A stretch of DNA of 64,000 bases. Origin: Natronospirales bacterium (lineage in GTDB: Bacteria > Pseudomonadota > Gammaproteobacteria > Natronospirales > REEB76). Location of the stretch: contig JAJYUH010000001.1 in NCBI GenBank assembly GCA_021792635.1, positions 280,710 through 344,709 on the forward strand, written 5' to 3'. This document shows positions 17,957-27,249 of the stretch, in pieces (within the stretch, counting starts at the first letter, position 1; each line of letters starts with the position of its first letter). The notes below the pieces were generated by a model. It was not told the DNA's origin. It did no database searches and saw nothing but the letters and a program-made list of their open reading frames with translations. Both the position numbers and the translations under genes were made by a program.

Positions 17957-18024
17957 CGGGCGAATGGGCTAATATAGCATCCATCTTGTACGCAAACGCC
18001 GGAACCATCCGGCGGTGAAACGGA

Positions 18025-18648
18025 ATGATGCGGAAAAAACAATTGGCGCTGTATGCAGCGTTGCTGGTGACATTAGTTGCGCCAGTGCCGGCACTGGCGC
18101 GTCACCCGTATCGCTTCGTCCCTTCCGAGTCCTGTATTCGGCCGCATCCGCCCCAAGCCAGTGTCACGCTTGCCCATGCTCGGGCTACCGTGAGCTTCTC
18201 GCCGGACGGACGCGGTGAGGCACTGATCCTGAAGGCGGTCAGCGCGGCACGGCATACGATTCTGGTGCAGGCCTACAGTTTCAGCGACCGGCGCATCCTG
18301 GCCGCGCTGGGAGAAGCCAGGTCGCGAGGCGTGGACGTGCGGGTGATTCTCGACAAGACGGATACCGAGAGTTACGAACATCGCAAACCGGTGGCGGCGA
18401 TCCTTTCCGCGGAGGGCATCCCGGTGTGGATCGACAATGCGGTACGCATCGCGCATAACAAGGTAATGATTATTGACGGCACCGACCTCATCACCGGTTC
18501 CTACAATTTCACCTACGCGGCTGCCTACCACAACGCCGAGAACCTGCTTTACATCCGTAACGCCGCCGCACTGGTGCATGCCTATATTGCCAACTGGAAT
18601 TGGCGGCTGAGTTGCGCGCAAGCCTACGCCGGCCGACCGGTGAGGTGA
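18025..18648 (+). CDS. secreted HKD-motif phospholipase D-superfamily protein (Nuc-like endonuclease/PLD)
   Basis: Signal peptide 'MMRKKQLALYAALLVTLVAPVPALA' and a single HKD motif 'AHNKVMIIDGTDLITGSYNFT'. 207 aa. Confidence 0.75.
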   Translation: MMRKKQLALYAALLVTLVAPVPALARHPYRFVPSESCIRPHPPQASVTLAHARATVSFSPDGRGEALILKAVSAARHTILVQAYSFSDRRILAALGEARSRGVDVRVILDKTDTESYEHRKPVAAILSAEGIPVWIDNAVRIAHNKVMIIDGTDLITGSYNFTYAAAYHNAENLLYIRNAAALVHAYIANWNWRLSCAQAYAGRPVR

Positions 18649-18880
18649 GGGTCGGGCCTGTCGCCGCGGGCAGATTTCCCCGCCTGTACTAAGCTGTTCC
18701 CAGGGAATTGAGAACGGCCTGACGGTACGGGAGGAACGGCGCATGGCTGTGCCGCCGTGTGTTTTCCAGCATCGTCCGCTCTTGTGCGGCGGCTTCGCTC
18801 CGGGCCCATGGCCCCGGGCCGCATCGGTTGCGGTCGGTGATGTGCTGCCGGTCCGCCGGGTGATGGGCCTGCGAAGGTAA

Positions 18881-19417
18881 ATGGACGCCGTGACCTTCGC
18901 CACCGTGCTGACGCTGCTCGATAACGGTCGGGCGGAGATTGTGGGGGTGGGGGCGTTCTGGGGGCAGGCGGGACGGGTGCGATTGCCGGGCGTGACTGCA
19001 GCGGTGCTGACTGTGCCTGTGACCCTGCACCTGGAGGGGGAATTGGACAGCATCGTGTACGCGCAACTGCTCGCGGGGCCGGGGCTCAGGCAAGCGCGAC
19101 GCCGTGCCGACCTGGCTGTTGCCTGGAGTCGGGGCCGCGCACGCGAACGGCGCGCATGGGCGGGCGTCAACAGCTTTGCCATCCCGGATCTGGCGCTGTA
19201 CTGGCAGGGCGGGACCCGCGAAAAAGAGGCCGCGCAACTCGCGGTGGAGTTCGCCGGTGTGCTGGCGGAGGAATTTCCCGATCCGGTGGCGGAACTGCTG
19301 CGGTATTTCAGCACCGACTTGGACACGCTCGTCACGCAACTGACGGAGGCGGACTACCACCAGGCGGGCACCACGCTGCCCTCGGGTACGGGAAAGCACG
19401 GGCGGCGGCACTGCTGA
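18881..19417 (+). CDS. hypothetical protein (178 aa), no family recognised
   Basis: ORF with strongly G/C-biased third codon positions like neighbouring genes. A stop lies immediately upstream of the ATG. No motif recognised. Confidence 0.35.
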   Translation: MDAVTFATVLTLLDNGRAEIVGVGAFWGQAGRVRLPGVTAAVLTVPVTLHLEGELDSIVYAQLLAGPGLRQARRRADLAVAWSRGRARERRAWAGVNSFAIPDLALYWQGGTREKEAAQLAVEFAGVLAEEFPDPVAELLRYFSTDLDTLVTQLTEADYHQAGTTLPSGTGKHGRRHC

Positions 19418-19469
19418 CCGCTCGCCCCGACTGTTTCCCGCGTTGTGAACCGATGGCGCGGCGCGCGTA

Positions 19470-20354
19470 TCAACTGGCGCACATCTGCGCCAGGGTGTAG
19501 GCAGCCACATAAATGGATTGCGGCACACCGTTGATCTCGAAAGCCCGGTATTTGAATCCCGTCTTGTCCTTGTTCAGCACGAACTGGAACACGGCGGTGG
19601 CCGACTTGCCCTGATAGGTGACAATGCCGCTGACGTTCACGAAGTCCGTGCCGCCGGAGCCGGCCGCGGCCTGCCAGCGCGGTGACGCGAAAAATCCGTT
19701 CACTTCCTGTGCCACGGTTTTGCCCGCACAGTTGTCCAGATGCGCGTTCTTTACCAGGCGGATGTCGCCCGCATCCGGTATCCAGCGTGGATCAGCCCTG
19801 AGCATTACCGCGTTGTTTTGCGGCTGTGCCGCGAGTTGCGCCGGCACTTTGCCGTAGCCGGTGACGGTAATGACGCCGGCGAGAGTGGCGCCGCCCAGAA
19901 ACAGCGCTTCCACGATGAGCGCGGCGATGAGCCAGTTGCCGAGTTTGAAACGATGCCGGCCGTGGAGATAGGCGGGATAACCCACGGGCCACAACAGGGC
20001 CACGAATCCAAGCCAGCGGAACATGGGTTTGAGCGGGCTGCCGCTGCTCCACGCGGCCGGTGACTGGAAGACTTCGCCGGCGGCGAAACCCGCGGTGATG
20101 AGCGCCGTGAGCGCCAGCAGCCACACGAACCCGCTGACGGAATGAGCGGCAAACGCCGTGAGCAAAAGCCCCACGATCGCAATCAGCGGTATGGCCAGCA
20201 GAAACACCCCGTAATCCGCCCCCGGCATGTCCGAGGATAGCAATTTGCGCGGCGTGGATGGATTCAGGGCAGCAGCGCAATGCACACAGCGCGCCGCCTC
20301 GGGGGTTTGCTTTCCACAGGCGGGACAGAGCTTGGTCTTGCCGTTATGCGTCAT
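19470..20354 (-). CDS. zinc-ribbon / 4-TM membrane protein with C-terminal extracytoplasmic domain, function unknown
   Basis: N-terminal 'CPACGK...CVHC' zinc ribbon, about 4 hydrophobic helices, then a soluble C-terminal domain. The ORF-track extension to 20576 has low GC3, so the ATG at 20354 (TAATG overlap with upstream stop) is preferred. Confidence 0.5.
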   Translation of the reverse strand: MTHNGKTKLCPACGKQTPEAARCVHCAAALNPSTPRKLLSSDMPGADYGVFLLAIPLIAIVGLLLTAFAAHSVSGFVWLLALTALITAGFAAGEVFQSPAAWSSGSPLKPMFRWLGFVALLWPVGYPAYLHGRHRFKLGNWLIAALIVEALFLGGATLAGVITVTGYGKVPAQLAAQPQNNAVMLRADPRWIPDAGDIRLVKNAHLDNCAGKTVAQEVNGFFASPRWQAAAGSGGTDFVNVSGIVTYQGKSATAVFQFVLNKDKTGFKYRAFEINGVPQSIYVAAYTLAQMCAS

Positions 20355-21469
20355 TACCGGTGCCGCCTGTAGTGATGGTGTATGAGTTTCTTTTTCCTTT
20401 TGAGCAGCGCGCGCGGATGCCGCTGGATACGGCGCACTGATCCCGGCGCGCGTAGCGCATTCCCGGACCGCCTCCGCTTTTGCGCAAACGCGTACGGCGG
20501 GCGCCTGCGCGGCTGTACTCGCGGACGATGCGGATAGGAGCGCCGCAGCGCGCGCTCGCGGGCAATGTGCTGCCAACGCCGCCGCCGGCGCAGTTGGACG
20601 CGGCGGAAATTGCGTACGTCGCGGGCGCGATAGCGCGATGGCAGACGCATATGCCGCAAGGCACGCGGTGCGTGCCGCAGGCGCCTGAACCGGGCGGTAC
20701 GGCTGGCGAGGTAGCCAAAATGGCCTGCGGTGGCGATGCGTTCACCCGCCTGGTTCCTGATCGCAATGGCGCCCGTGCCCACGCCGGTGTACAGGCCTTT
20801 CTCGCCCCGCGGGCAATGGCTGGCGCAGTAGCGTACCTCGTAACCGGTGCCGCGGATGCCGATGGTGGCCACCGGCGTTTCCACCGCGTAATCCTGATGA
20901 TCCACATGGCCGATAAAACCGCTGATAGCGCGGAAACCACCCTTGATAAGGCGGAAGAAGGCGCTTTCATGTTCTGCCCGCGGCGGTGCTGCGGAAGCGG
21001 AGGGCGGGGCGGGCGCCGGTTGCATGGCTGCGGGTGGTTGCGCGGGCGAGGCCGACCGTGCCGATGGCGCCGCCTGGGCGTAGCTCGCCGGTTCCACCGG
21101 CGGTGCCAGGGCGAAACCGTGGGCGGCGGGGTCGAAGTGGTAAGCCTGAATCTGGAAATCGGTGTCCGGGCGCAGCAGCATGCGGCCGCCGTCTTCGAAG
21201 TCCAGGTCCGCATAGCCGTCGTCGCCGGTGATGAGGGTATCGCCGGAGTAAATCGGATCGCCATCCTGCAACGCGCGCGTAGCGCCGTCGGCGGCGGTGT
21301 CCGTCACCGGACCTACGGCCAGCACCGCACTGCCGGCCCGTTCCGGCGCGGCGGCGCTGCGGGTCGCTGCAGCGGTACGGATCATGTCCTGTCCCCGGGC
21401 GGCGCCCATCAGGACCGCGCCGGTCAGAGCGAGCGCTGTCGCGGCAAGGTGCATCGGACGTTTGCGCAT
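20354..21469 (-). CDS. secreted FecR-domain protein with Pro/Ala-rich insert and Arg-rich C-terminal tail
   Basis: Signal peptide 'MRKRPMHLAATALALTGAVLMGAARG'. FecR-like blocks 'GDPIYSGDTLITGDDGYADLDFEDGGRMLLRPDT' and 'VETPVATIGIRGTGYEV'. The last ~115 aa are extremely R/K/H-rich. Confidence 0.6.
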   Translation of the reverse strand: MRKRPMHLAATALALTGAVLMGAARGQDMIRTAAATRSAAAPERAGSAVLAVGPVTDTAADGATRALQDGDPIYSGDTLITGDDGYADLDFEDGGRMLLRPDTDFQIQAYHFDPAAHGFALAPPVEPASYAQAAPSARSASPAQPPAAMQPAPAPPSASAAPPRAEHESAFFRLIKGGFRAISGFIGHVDHQDYAVETPVATIGIRGTGYEVRYCASHCPRGEKGLYTGVGTGAIAIRNQAGERIATAGHFGYLASRTARFRRLRHAPRALRHMRLPSRYRARDVRNFRRVQLRRRRRWQHIARERALRRSYPHRPRVQPRRRPPYAFAQKRRRSGNALRAPGSVRRIQRHPRALLKRKKKLIHHHYRRHR

Positions 21470-21611
21470 GGCCTGCCTCCCGTCACGCCGCCCGTAAGCG
21501 GCTCCCGCTTCTAGTTTCATGAGCACGCATAAGCAAAGCCGGATGGAAATGTTCCCATCCGGCCTTTGATAACGCATGCCGAGCGGCGGCGCTGACGCGC
21601 CTCACCCGCCG

Positions 21612-22103
21612 TCACTTCAACTGATCCACCGCTTTCATGGCCGGTACGGACAGAAATGTGTCCGGATTCTGCGGATCGTTGCTCACCGGCAGTGTGCCGC
21701 ACAGGAGCTGCGAGAGCGTGGTCTTGCCGTCGATACCCGGCTGGGGGCCGCCGCCGACGTCGTATTTCAGCACCCGGCCGCGGGCATTCCATTCCTTGGG
21801 CAGGTCGCGGGCATTAGGGCGCACTTCCACGGTCACCTCGATCCACTTGCTCCAGCCCCAGGTTTCGGTGTGATAGTTGTAGGGGTTGCCGCCGTTCGAG
21901 GCGATGATGGCATGCCAGTTCTCCAGGTCATAGGAGTACTGGTTGAGGCCGGTACAGGCAGCAACCAGTTGTTTCACCGCCCCTCTGACTACGGCGGTAT
22001 TGTCCGGTGGCGTGCCGGGTTGCAGGGTGACGGTATTCTCCGGAGCCTTGGAACAGGCGGTAACCAGCAGGGCGGCAAAGCACGCGATCAGCAGTTTTTT
22101 CAT
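21612..22103 (-). CDS. lipoprotein, function unknown
   Basis: 'MKKLLIACFAALLVTAC' signal peptide plus lipobox. 163 aa. Confidence 0.6.
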   Translation of the reverse strand: MKKLLIACFAALLVTACSKAPENTVTLQPGTPPDNTAVVRGAVKQLVAACTGLNQYSYDLENWHAIIASNGGNPYNYHTETWGWSKWIEVTVEVRPNARDLPKEWNARGRVLKYDVGGGPQPGIDGKTTLSQLLCGTLPVSNDPQNPDTFLSVPAMKAVDQLK

Positions 22104-22185
22104 GGTGTAACGTTTCCCCGGGCAGATGCTGGTGAAAGTATAGCTCAGGAAAGCCGGCCCGCAGCCGTTCGCGTAGCCACCGGGG

Positions 22186-22809
22186 TTACCTCTGCCGTCC
22201 GCGCCGGTGATGATTCACGAACCAGATCAGCAGCAGCACCAGCACAACCACAAGCGCGACGATGAAATACAGACTGGCCTCGTCAAAATATTGCTCATAC
22301 ATGCGCAAATGCCGGCCCAGGCGGAAGGTGCCCAGGCCCCACAGGCTTACCCATAGCAGCGCACCGCTGGCATTGAACAGCAGGAAACGCCGGAACGGCA
22401 TTTCGGCGGTGCCGGACACGATGCCGTTCACCTGCCGCAGCACCTCGAAGAAGCGCGCGAAGGTCACGAACCAGCCGCCGTAGCGGGCGAATTTCTCCTG
22501 CATGCGCCGCACTTCCTGCGCGCCGACGCCCACATATCTGCCGACCCGCAGGATCAGCCGGTGGCCGCCCTTGAGACCGATCCAGTAGCCGAGGCTGTCA
22601 CCGCTGACGGCGGCAAAAAACGCCGTAACCAGCACCAGCGTGATGTCGAGCTTGCCATGCACCGCCAGCACCGCGGAGGCGATGAGCAGCGTCTGCCCCG
22701 GCGCGGGTATACCGAAGCTCTCGATGAAAATGACAAGAAACAGCAGCGGGTAACCGTAATGCGCGAGATACGGTTCGAGGGATTGCAGGGAGTCGTGCCA
22801 GAAGCGCAT
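22186..22809 (-). CDS. DedA-family membrane protein
   Basis: 207 aa with a 'FIESFGIPAPGQTLLIASA' DedA/SNARE-associated signature and multiple TM helices. Confidence 0.8.
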   Translation of the reverse strand: MRFWHDSLQSLEPYLAHYGYPLLFLVIFIESFGIPAPGQTLLIASAVLAVHGKLDITLVLVTAFFAAVSGDSLGYWIGLKGGHRLILRVGRYVGVGAQEVRRMQEKFARYGGWFVTFARFFEVLRQVNGIVSGTAEMPFRRFLLFNASGALLWVSLWGLGTFRLGRHLRMYEQYFDEASLYFIVALVVVLVLLLIWFVNHHRRGRQR

Positions 22810-22892
22810 TCAGGATCGCGGGTTTTCCGGGGGAGTGGGTGCATGGTAGCAGATGCGGTACCCCTCCATCCGCAGGCGCTCTGGGTCTGGAA

Positions 22893-24911
22893 TCAGTTCA
22901 CTTTGTCCGATACCGGCGGTTCGATGATGCGCGCCTGGCTCGTGATCAGCTGTTCGCAGGCGTCCGCATTCAGTGGTTCGCTCAACAGGAAACCCTGGAT
23001 CAATTCGCAGTTTTGCGTTTGCAGCCATTTGAGTTGCGCCTCGTTTTCCACGCCCTCCGCCACCACGCGGATGCCGAGCGAATTGGCGAGCTGTATGGTG
23101 GCGCGCGCCACCGCCGCATCCTCGCGGCTGATAGCCACGTCGCGCACAAAACTCTGGTCCAGCTTCAATACATCAATGGGAAAACGCTTGAGATAGCCCA
23201 GCGAGGAATTGCCGGTGCCGAAATCATCCAGCGCCAGACGGATACCCATGCCGCGCAGTTTGCGCAACTCCTCCAGATTGCTGTTCTCATTGGCCAGCGC
23301 CACACTCTCGGTGATTTCCAGCAGCAGCGCCTGCGCCGGCAGACCGCTTTCGCCGAGGATGCGCCCCACGGTGCTGGCCAGGTTCGCCACGGTGAACTGG
23401 CGTGCCGACAGATTCACCGCCATATGGAATTCGGCGCCGTAGATGCCGCGCCAGTGCACCGCCTGTCGGCAGGCCTCGCGTAGCACCCATTCGCCGATGG
23501 GGATGATGAGACCGGTTTCCTCGGCCAGCGGGATGAATTCCGTAGGCGGCACCAGGCCGAACACGCGGCTGTGCCAGCGCAGCAGCGCTTCCAGGCCCAT
23601 GAGCCGGCCGTTCAGCAGATCGAACAGCGGCTGGTAATGCAGTACCAGTTCGCCCCGGGTCAACGCCTTGCGCAATTCCACCTCATGCTTCAACCGCCGC
23701 AGCGCCGCCTCGTGCATATCCGGAGTGAAAAACTGGTAGCTGTTGCGGCCGAGATGTTTGGCGCGATACAGCGCCGTGTCGGCATTGGCGAGCAGGCTTT
23801 TGGCATCGGGGCTGTCCGCCGCCAGCAGCGTGATGCCCAGGCTGCAGGTGACGCGCAATTCCATCTCGTTGAGCAGCAAGGGGCGCGCGATGGTACCCAG
23901 GATGCGTTCGGCCAATACGCCCATGTCCTCGCGTTGCGTCGCGTGCTCCACCAGCACGATGAATTCATCACCGGACAGGCGTGCCACCGTGTCACGATCG
24001 GCAATGCAGCGTTTGAGTCGCTGCGCCACGCGCTTCAGCACCTCATCACCGATCTGGTGACCCAGTGAATCATTGATATGCTTGAAACGGTCCAGGTCCA
24101 TGAACAGCACCGCCAGTTGCGCATCGCCGCGGCGCGCGCGGGTGATGGCGTTGGCCAGCTTCTGCTCGAACAAGGTACGGTTAGGCAGGCCGGTGAGGGA
24201 GTCGTAGTTGGCAAGCTGCACCAACTGTTCTTCGGCGCGTTTGCGGTCGCTCATCTCGGTGCGTAATTCATCGGCGATATCTGCATAGGCAAAGCGGGTA
24301 TCGAGTTGCTCCACCAGACGTTTGTGCATGCCGATGGACATGCGCACCAGCAGCGCCACCATGACGCACAGCAGCACCGCGGCGGTCAGATGGATTTCCT
24401 GGAATTCAAGCGCCAGCCGCACGATCAGCGGCAACGCCGCCACGCACAGGAAGGTGAAATAGCCCTTTAGGCAGGGTGCGAGCGCGGGCATGGCCACCGC
24501 GCAAGCCGCCATGATGACGATACCGAGGAACATCTGGTGGGCCACGTCGCCGGGCGGAAACAGCAGCGCGCCCGCAAGTCCCCAGCCGGCGGCGACGAGC
24601 GTATTGCCTATCAGGAAACGCCGTTCCCACAGGGGGGCATGGATACTCTCGATGAGACGGTGACGGAAACGCCGATTCAGCAGACCGCGGCCGATCTCCA
24701 CCGTCATCATGTAGAGCAGCCACCCCACCAGGGTGAGGTGGTCAAGGGGGGTACGCCAGAACAACCCCACCAGCAGCACCGCGACAATGAGCCCTGCGAG
24801 ATGAGTACCGCGGGTGTTATGGAACAGAAGATTGGTAAGTTCCGCCTTGACCTGCAGGCTGACATTACGGCTGGGTACCAGCGCATCCGCCAGGGTGGCA
24901 ATTGCCATCAA
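22893..24911 (-). CDS. membrane-anchored GGDEF-EAL protein (c-di-GMP turnover)
   Basis: N-terminal multi-TM sensor region. Variant 'SGDEF' cyclase motif. Complete EAL set by eye ('EALLRW', 'NLSARQ', 'EITES', 'DDFGTG', 'KLDQSF', 'EGVE', 'QGF'). Confidence 0.9.
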   Translation of the reverse strand: MMAIATLADALVPSRNVSLQVKAELTNLLFHNTRGTHLAGLIVAVLLVGLFWRTPLDHLTLVGWLLYMMTVEIGRGLLNRRFRHRLIESIHAPLWERRFLIGNTLVAAGWGLAGALLFPPGDVAHQMFLGIVIMAACAVAMPALAPCLKGYFTFLCVAALPLIVRLALEFQEIHLTAAVLLCVMVALLVRMSIGMHKRLVEQLDTRFAYADIADELRTEMSDRKRAEEQLVQLANYDSLTGLPNRTLFEQKLANAITRARRGDAQLAVLFMDLDRFKHINDSLGHQIGDEVLKRVAQRLKRCIADRDTVARLSGDEFIVLVEHATQREDMGVLAERILGTIARPLLLNEMELRVTCSLGITLLAADSPDAKSLLANADTALYRAKHLGRNSYQFFTPDMHEAALRRLKHEVELRKALTRGELVLHYQPLFDLLNGRLMGLEALLRWHSRVFGLVPPTEFIPLAEETGLIIPIGEWVLREACRQAVHWRGIYGAEFHMAVNLSARQFTVANLASTVGRILGESGLPAQALLLEITESVALANENSNLEELRKLRGMGIRLALDDFGTGNSSLGYLKRFPIDVLKLDQSFVRDVAISREDAAVARATIQLANSLGIRVVAEGVENEAQLKWLQTQNCELIQGFLLSEPLNADACEQLITSQARIIEPPVSDKVN

Positions 24912-25137
24912 GCCTCCCGGTCTTCCTTCAAGCCCAGCCTCCCACGGGCTGGCAGGCTACTTATGTCGAGTAGAGCCGCGCGCAAGTGTGCAGAGTCGGC
25001 GCCTGTCTGTCCAGTGGGGGTAAAACAGGTGAAATACGGGGTCAACGGTGCGATTATGCCGACCACGGGACTTGTAGCCAGAATATGTAAAGGTTCATGA
25101 TCAACAACTTCCGGGATCGCGGGCAGGGAGGTTAGTT

Positions 25138-26379
25138 TTGGGGGCCAACCATCCGATCAGCGCGAATCTGTTGACGTACTTTGGTCTCGTCAGCCAGTTG
25201 GTCGCCACCATTCTGCTGGTCGTGCTGTTTGTACTGCTGCGCCGACATGCCGGCCGGCGGCCGTATTTCCGGGCCTGGAGCAACGCCTGGATCGCATTCG
25301 CGGTCGCGCTCGCCGCGCTGGTACTGCGCTTCAATGTGCTGCCCGGCATTTTCGCGCCTGCCACCGGGGCCGGCGGGTGGGCCCGGGTCTGCTATTTCCT
25401 CTATCAGTTCGGCAAGTTCGCCTTCCTGCTGCTGCTGCTGCGCGGCACACTGCTGTATTTGCGCGGCATGACACGCCAGTCCCTGGTCCTGGTGATGGGG
25501 ATGTGGGCCGTCGCGGCTGCCATCGCCGCGGGCTCCGTGGCATATTCATCCACCCTGCAAGCCGTCCTGTTCTGGCAGGGTTTGTGCAATGTGGTGGTGT
25601 ATGCGTTTTGTGCGGTGGCCATGCTGACGCTGCCGGTGCCGCGCCGCAGTCTGGGCACGCGCACCACCGGCACGGTTCTCGCCGCTACCCTGGTACTGTG
25701 GCTGGTTTACCTGATCGCGCTGCTGGATGCGGTGATGCCGGGTGTGCGCCTCAACCCGGGTCTGCGCGTCCTGCTGTCCGGCCCCAACCGTTATCTCGAT
25801 CTCATTTTCTCCATGCTGCTGGCTTTCGGCATGGTGCTGGTGCTGTTCGAGGATACGCGCCGCGAGATTGACACGGCACACCAGGAATTGCGCGTCGCCC
25901 ACGAACAACTGTTGCGCGAGTCTTATCTCGACGCCCTCACCGGCGCATACAACCGGCGCGCCTTCACCGAAGGCAGCGGTCTCGAGGACGCCAGGGGCAG
26001 TTTCGGCGCGCTGGTGGTGTTCGACATGGATAACCTCAAGAACGTAAACGACGTGTACGGTCACAAACACGGCGACGCGCTGCTCAAGCACTTCGCCTCG
26101 GTATTGCGTGCAAGTTTGCGACCCTCCGACAAACTCTATCGCCTGGGCGGGGATGAATTCCTGGTGGTCATGCCGCGCGCCATGGCCAGAATCGCGGGTC
26201 CGCGCATGCGCGAGATCGTCGCCACCGCGCCGTCCCTCCGGGAAGCGGATACCGGTGCGCTCATCAAATTGCGGGCCAGCATCGGCGCCGCGGATTTTGC
26301 CAGCGTGGAGGATATCGAGATTGCGCTCCATGAAGCGGACCGTTCCATGTATGCCAACAAGCGTGCCGGCAGGAATTAG
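25138..26379 (+). CDS. membrane-anchored diguanylate cyclase (GGDEF)
   Basis: Multi-TM N-terminus. 'RLGGDEFLVV' is preceded by 'RPSD' (RxxD I-site spacing). TTG start as given by the ORF track, uncertain. Confidence 0.85.
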   Translation: MGANHPISANLLTYFGLVSQLVATILLVVLFVLLRRHAGRRPYFRAWSNAWIAFAVALAALVLRFNVLPGIFAPATGAGGWARVCYFLYQFGKFAFLLLLLRGTLLYLRGMTRQSLVLVMGMWAVAAAIAAGSVAYSSTLQAVLFWQGLCNVVVYAFCAVAMLTLPVPRRSLGTRTTGTVLAATLVLWLVYLIALLDAVMPGVRLNPGLRVLLSGPNRYLDLIFSMLLAFGMVLVLFEDTRREIDTAHQELRVAHEQLLRESYLDALTGAYNRRAFTEGSGLEDARGSFGALVVFDMDNLKNVNDVYGHKHGDALLKHFASVLRASLRPSDKLYRLGGDEFLVVMPRAMARIAGPRMREIVATAPSLREADTGALIKLRASIGAADFASVEDIEIALHEADRSMYANKRAGRN

Positions 26380-26599
26380 CCTGCATGCAGCCGCCAAGGG
26401 GAGCGAACCCGGGTTGAGCGCCGCGCTGTTGCAACGGCGCAATCCGGCTCGCTCCCGTGCCTGAACCTCCGCAGCAACATTTGTCGCCGGGCCGGGCTGG
26501 CCGGAAGTCGCTGTATTCTGTTACAGTCCCGCGGCATTCGATTTGGGAATGCATGCCCGGGGTTGGCTGCAATACCCGATCCAAATAAGGGATACTCGC

Positions 26600-27061
26600 A
26601 TGAAATACTTCCTCGCTTTGGCCGCCGCCGCAAGCCTGTGGCTGTGCCTGCCCACCGTCTGCCGGGCAGGGAATTTCCAGGTGCAACCGGGATGGTGGAA
26701 AATCATTGTGACGATCAACATGCCGGGCATGCCGTTGCACATCCCGCCCCAGACCGTGCGCAAGTGCATCACACCCGAGCAAGCCGCGCATGGCTTGCAG
26801 CAAATGATGCATCCGCAGGCGAACCCCGGCGAACGACAGGTATGCAAACTCACTTCCGTCACCACCCATGGACAGCAGGTGCGGTACCGGGGCAGCTGCA
26901 GCATGCCGCAGGGGAATACGAGCTTTCACGGCTACATGCACTACGACAGCCCGGATCAATTTCACGGGCAGGTCAGCACCGCGACTAACATGGCAGGCCG
27001 TGTGCTGCAGATGCGCGAGGGGTTGCAGGGCCGGCGTGTGGCCGCGGTCTGCCCGCGTTGA
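26600..27061 (+). CDS. secreted Cys-containing protein, DUF3617-like
   Basis: Signal peptide 'MKYFLALAAAASLWLCLPTVCRA'. Spaced Cys pattern and a 'GRRVAAVC' C-terminus resemble DUF3617. ATG 26600 preferred over 26543. Confidence 0.45.
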   Translation: MKYFLALAAAASLWLCLPTVCRAGNFQVQPGWWKIIVTINMPGMPLHIPPQTVRKCITPEQAAHGLQQMMHPQANPGERQVCKLTSVTTHGQQVRYRGSCSMPQGNTSFHGYMHYDSPDQFHGQVSTATNMAGRVLQMREGLQGRRVAAVCPR

Positions 27062-27249
27062 GGGTGCGCGCACGTCCCGGTGCAATACGCAGGCGGTCCC
27101 CGGCTGCGTAGCGCCGGAGCGCGCCGGATTTTTCTTTTGGCCGGCGCGAGCTATGCTGCTTCTTGCAGGTAAAATATGAATGTTAAGCACCGTTCCCGAA
27201 GCGGAACGGTGCGGGGCGCAGCGCCCGCAAATCCGCTGCGGGAGACATT

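Noticed and set aside
18743-18880. 45-codon ORF ending in TAAATG overlap with the 178-aa hypothetical gene.
   Set aside because: The overlap is suggestive of coupling, but codon bias is weak and no motif is present, so support is insufficient.
27121-27160. Possible terminator or sigma-54 promoter upstream of the korC-like gene (CGCGCCGG-13 nt-CCGGCGCG hairpin; 'TGGCCGGCGCGAGCT').
   Set aside because: The T-run is inside the loop rather than after the stem. The GG/GC elements are spaced one nucleotide short of the TGGCAC-N5-TTGC consensus.
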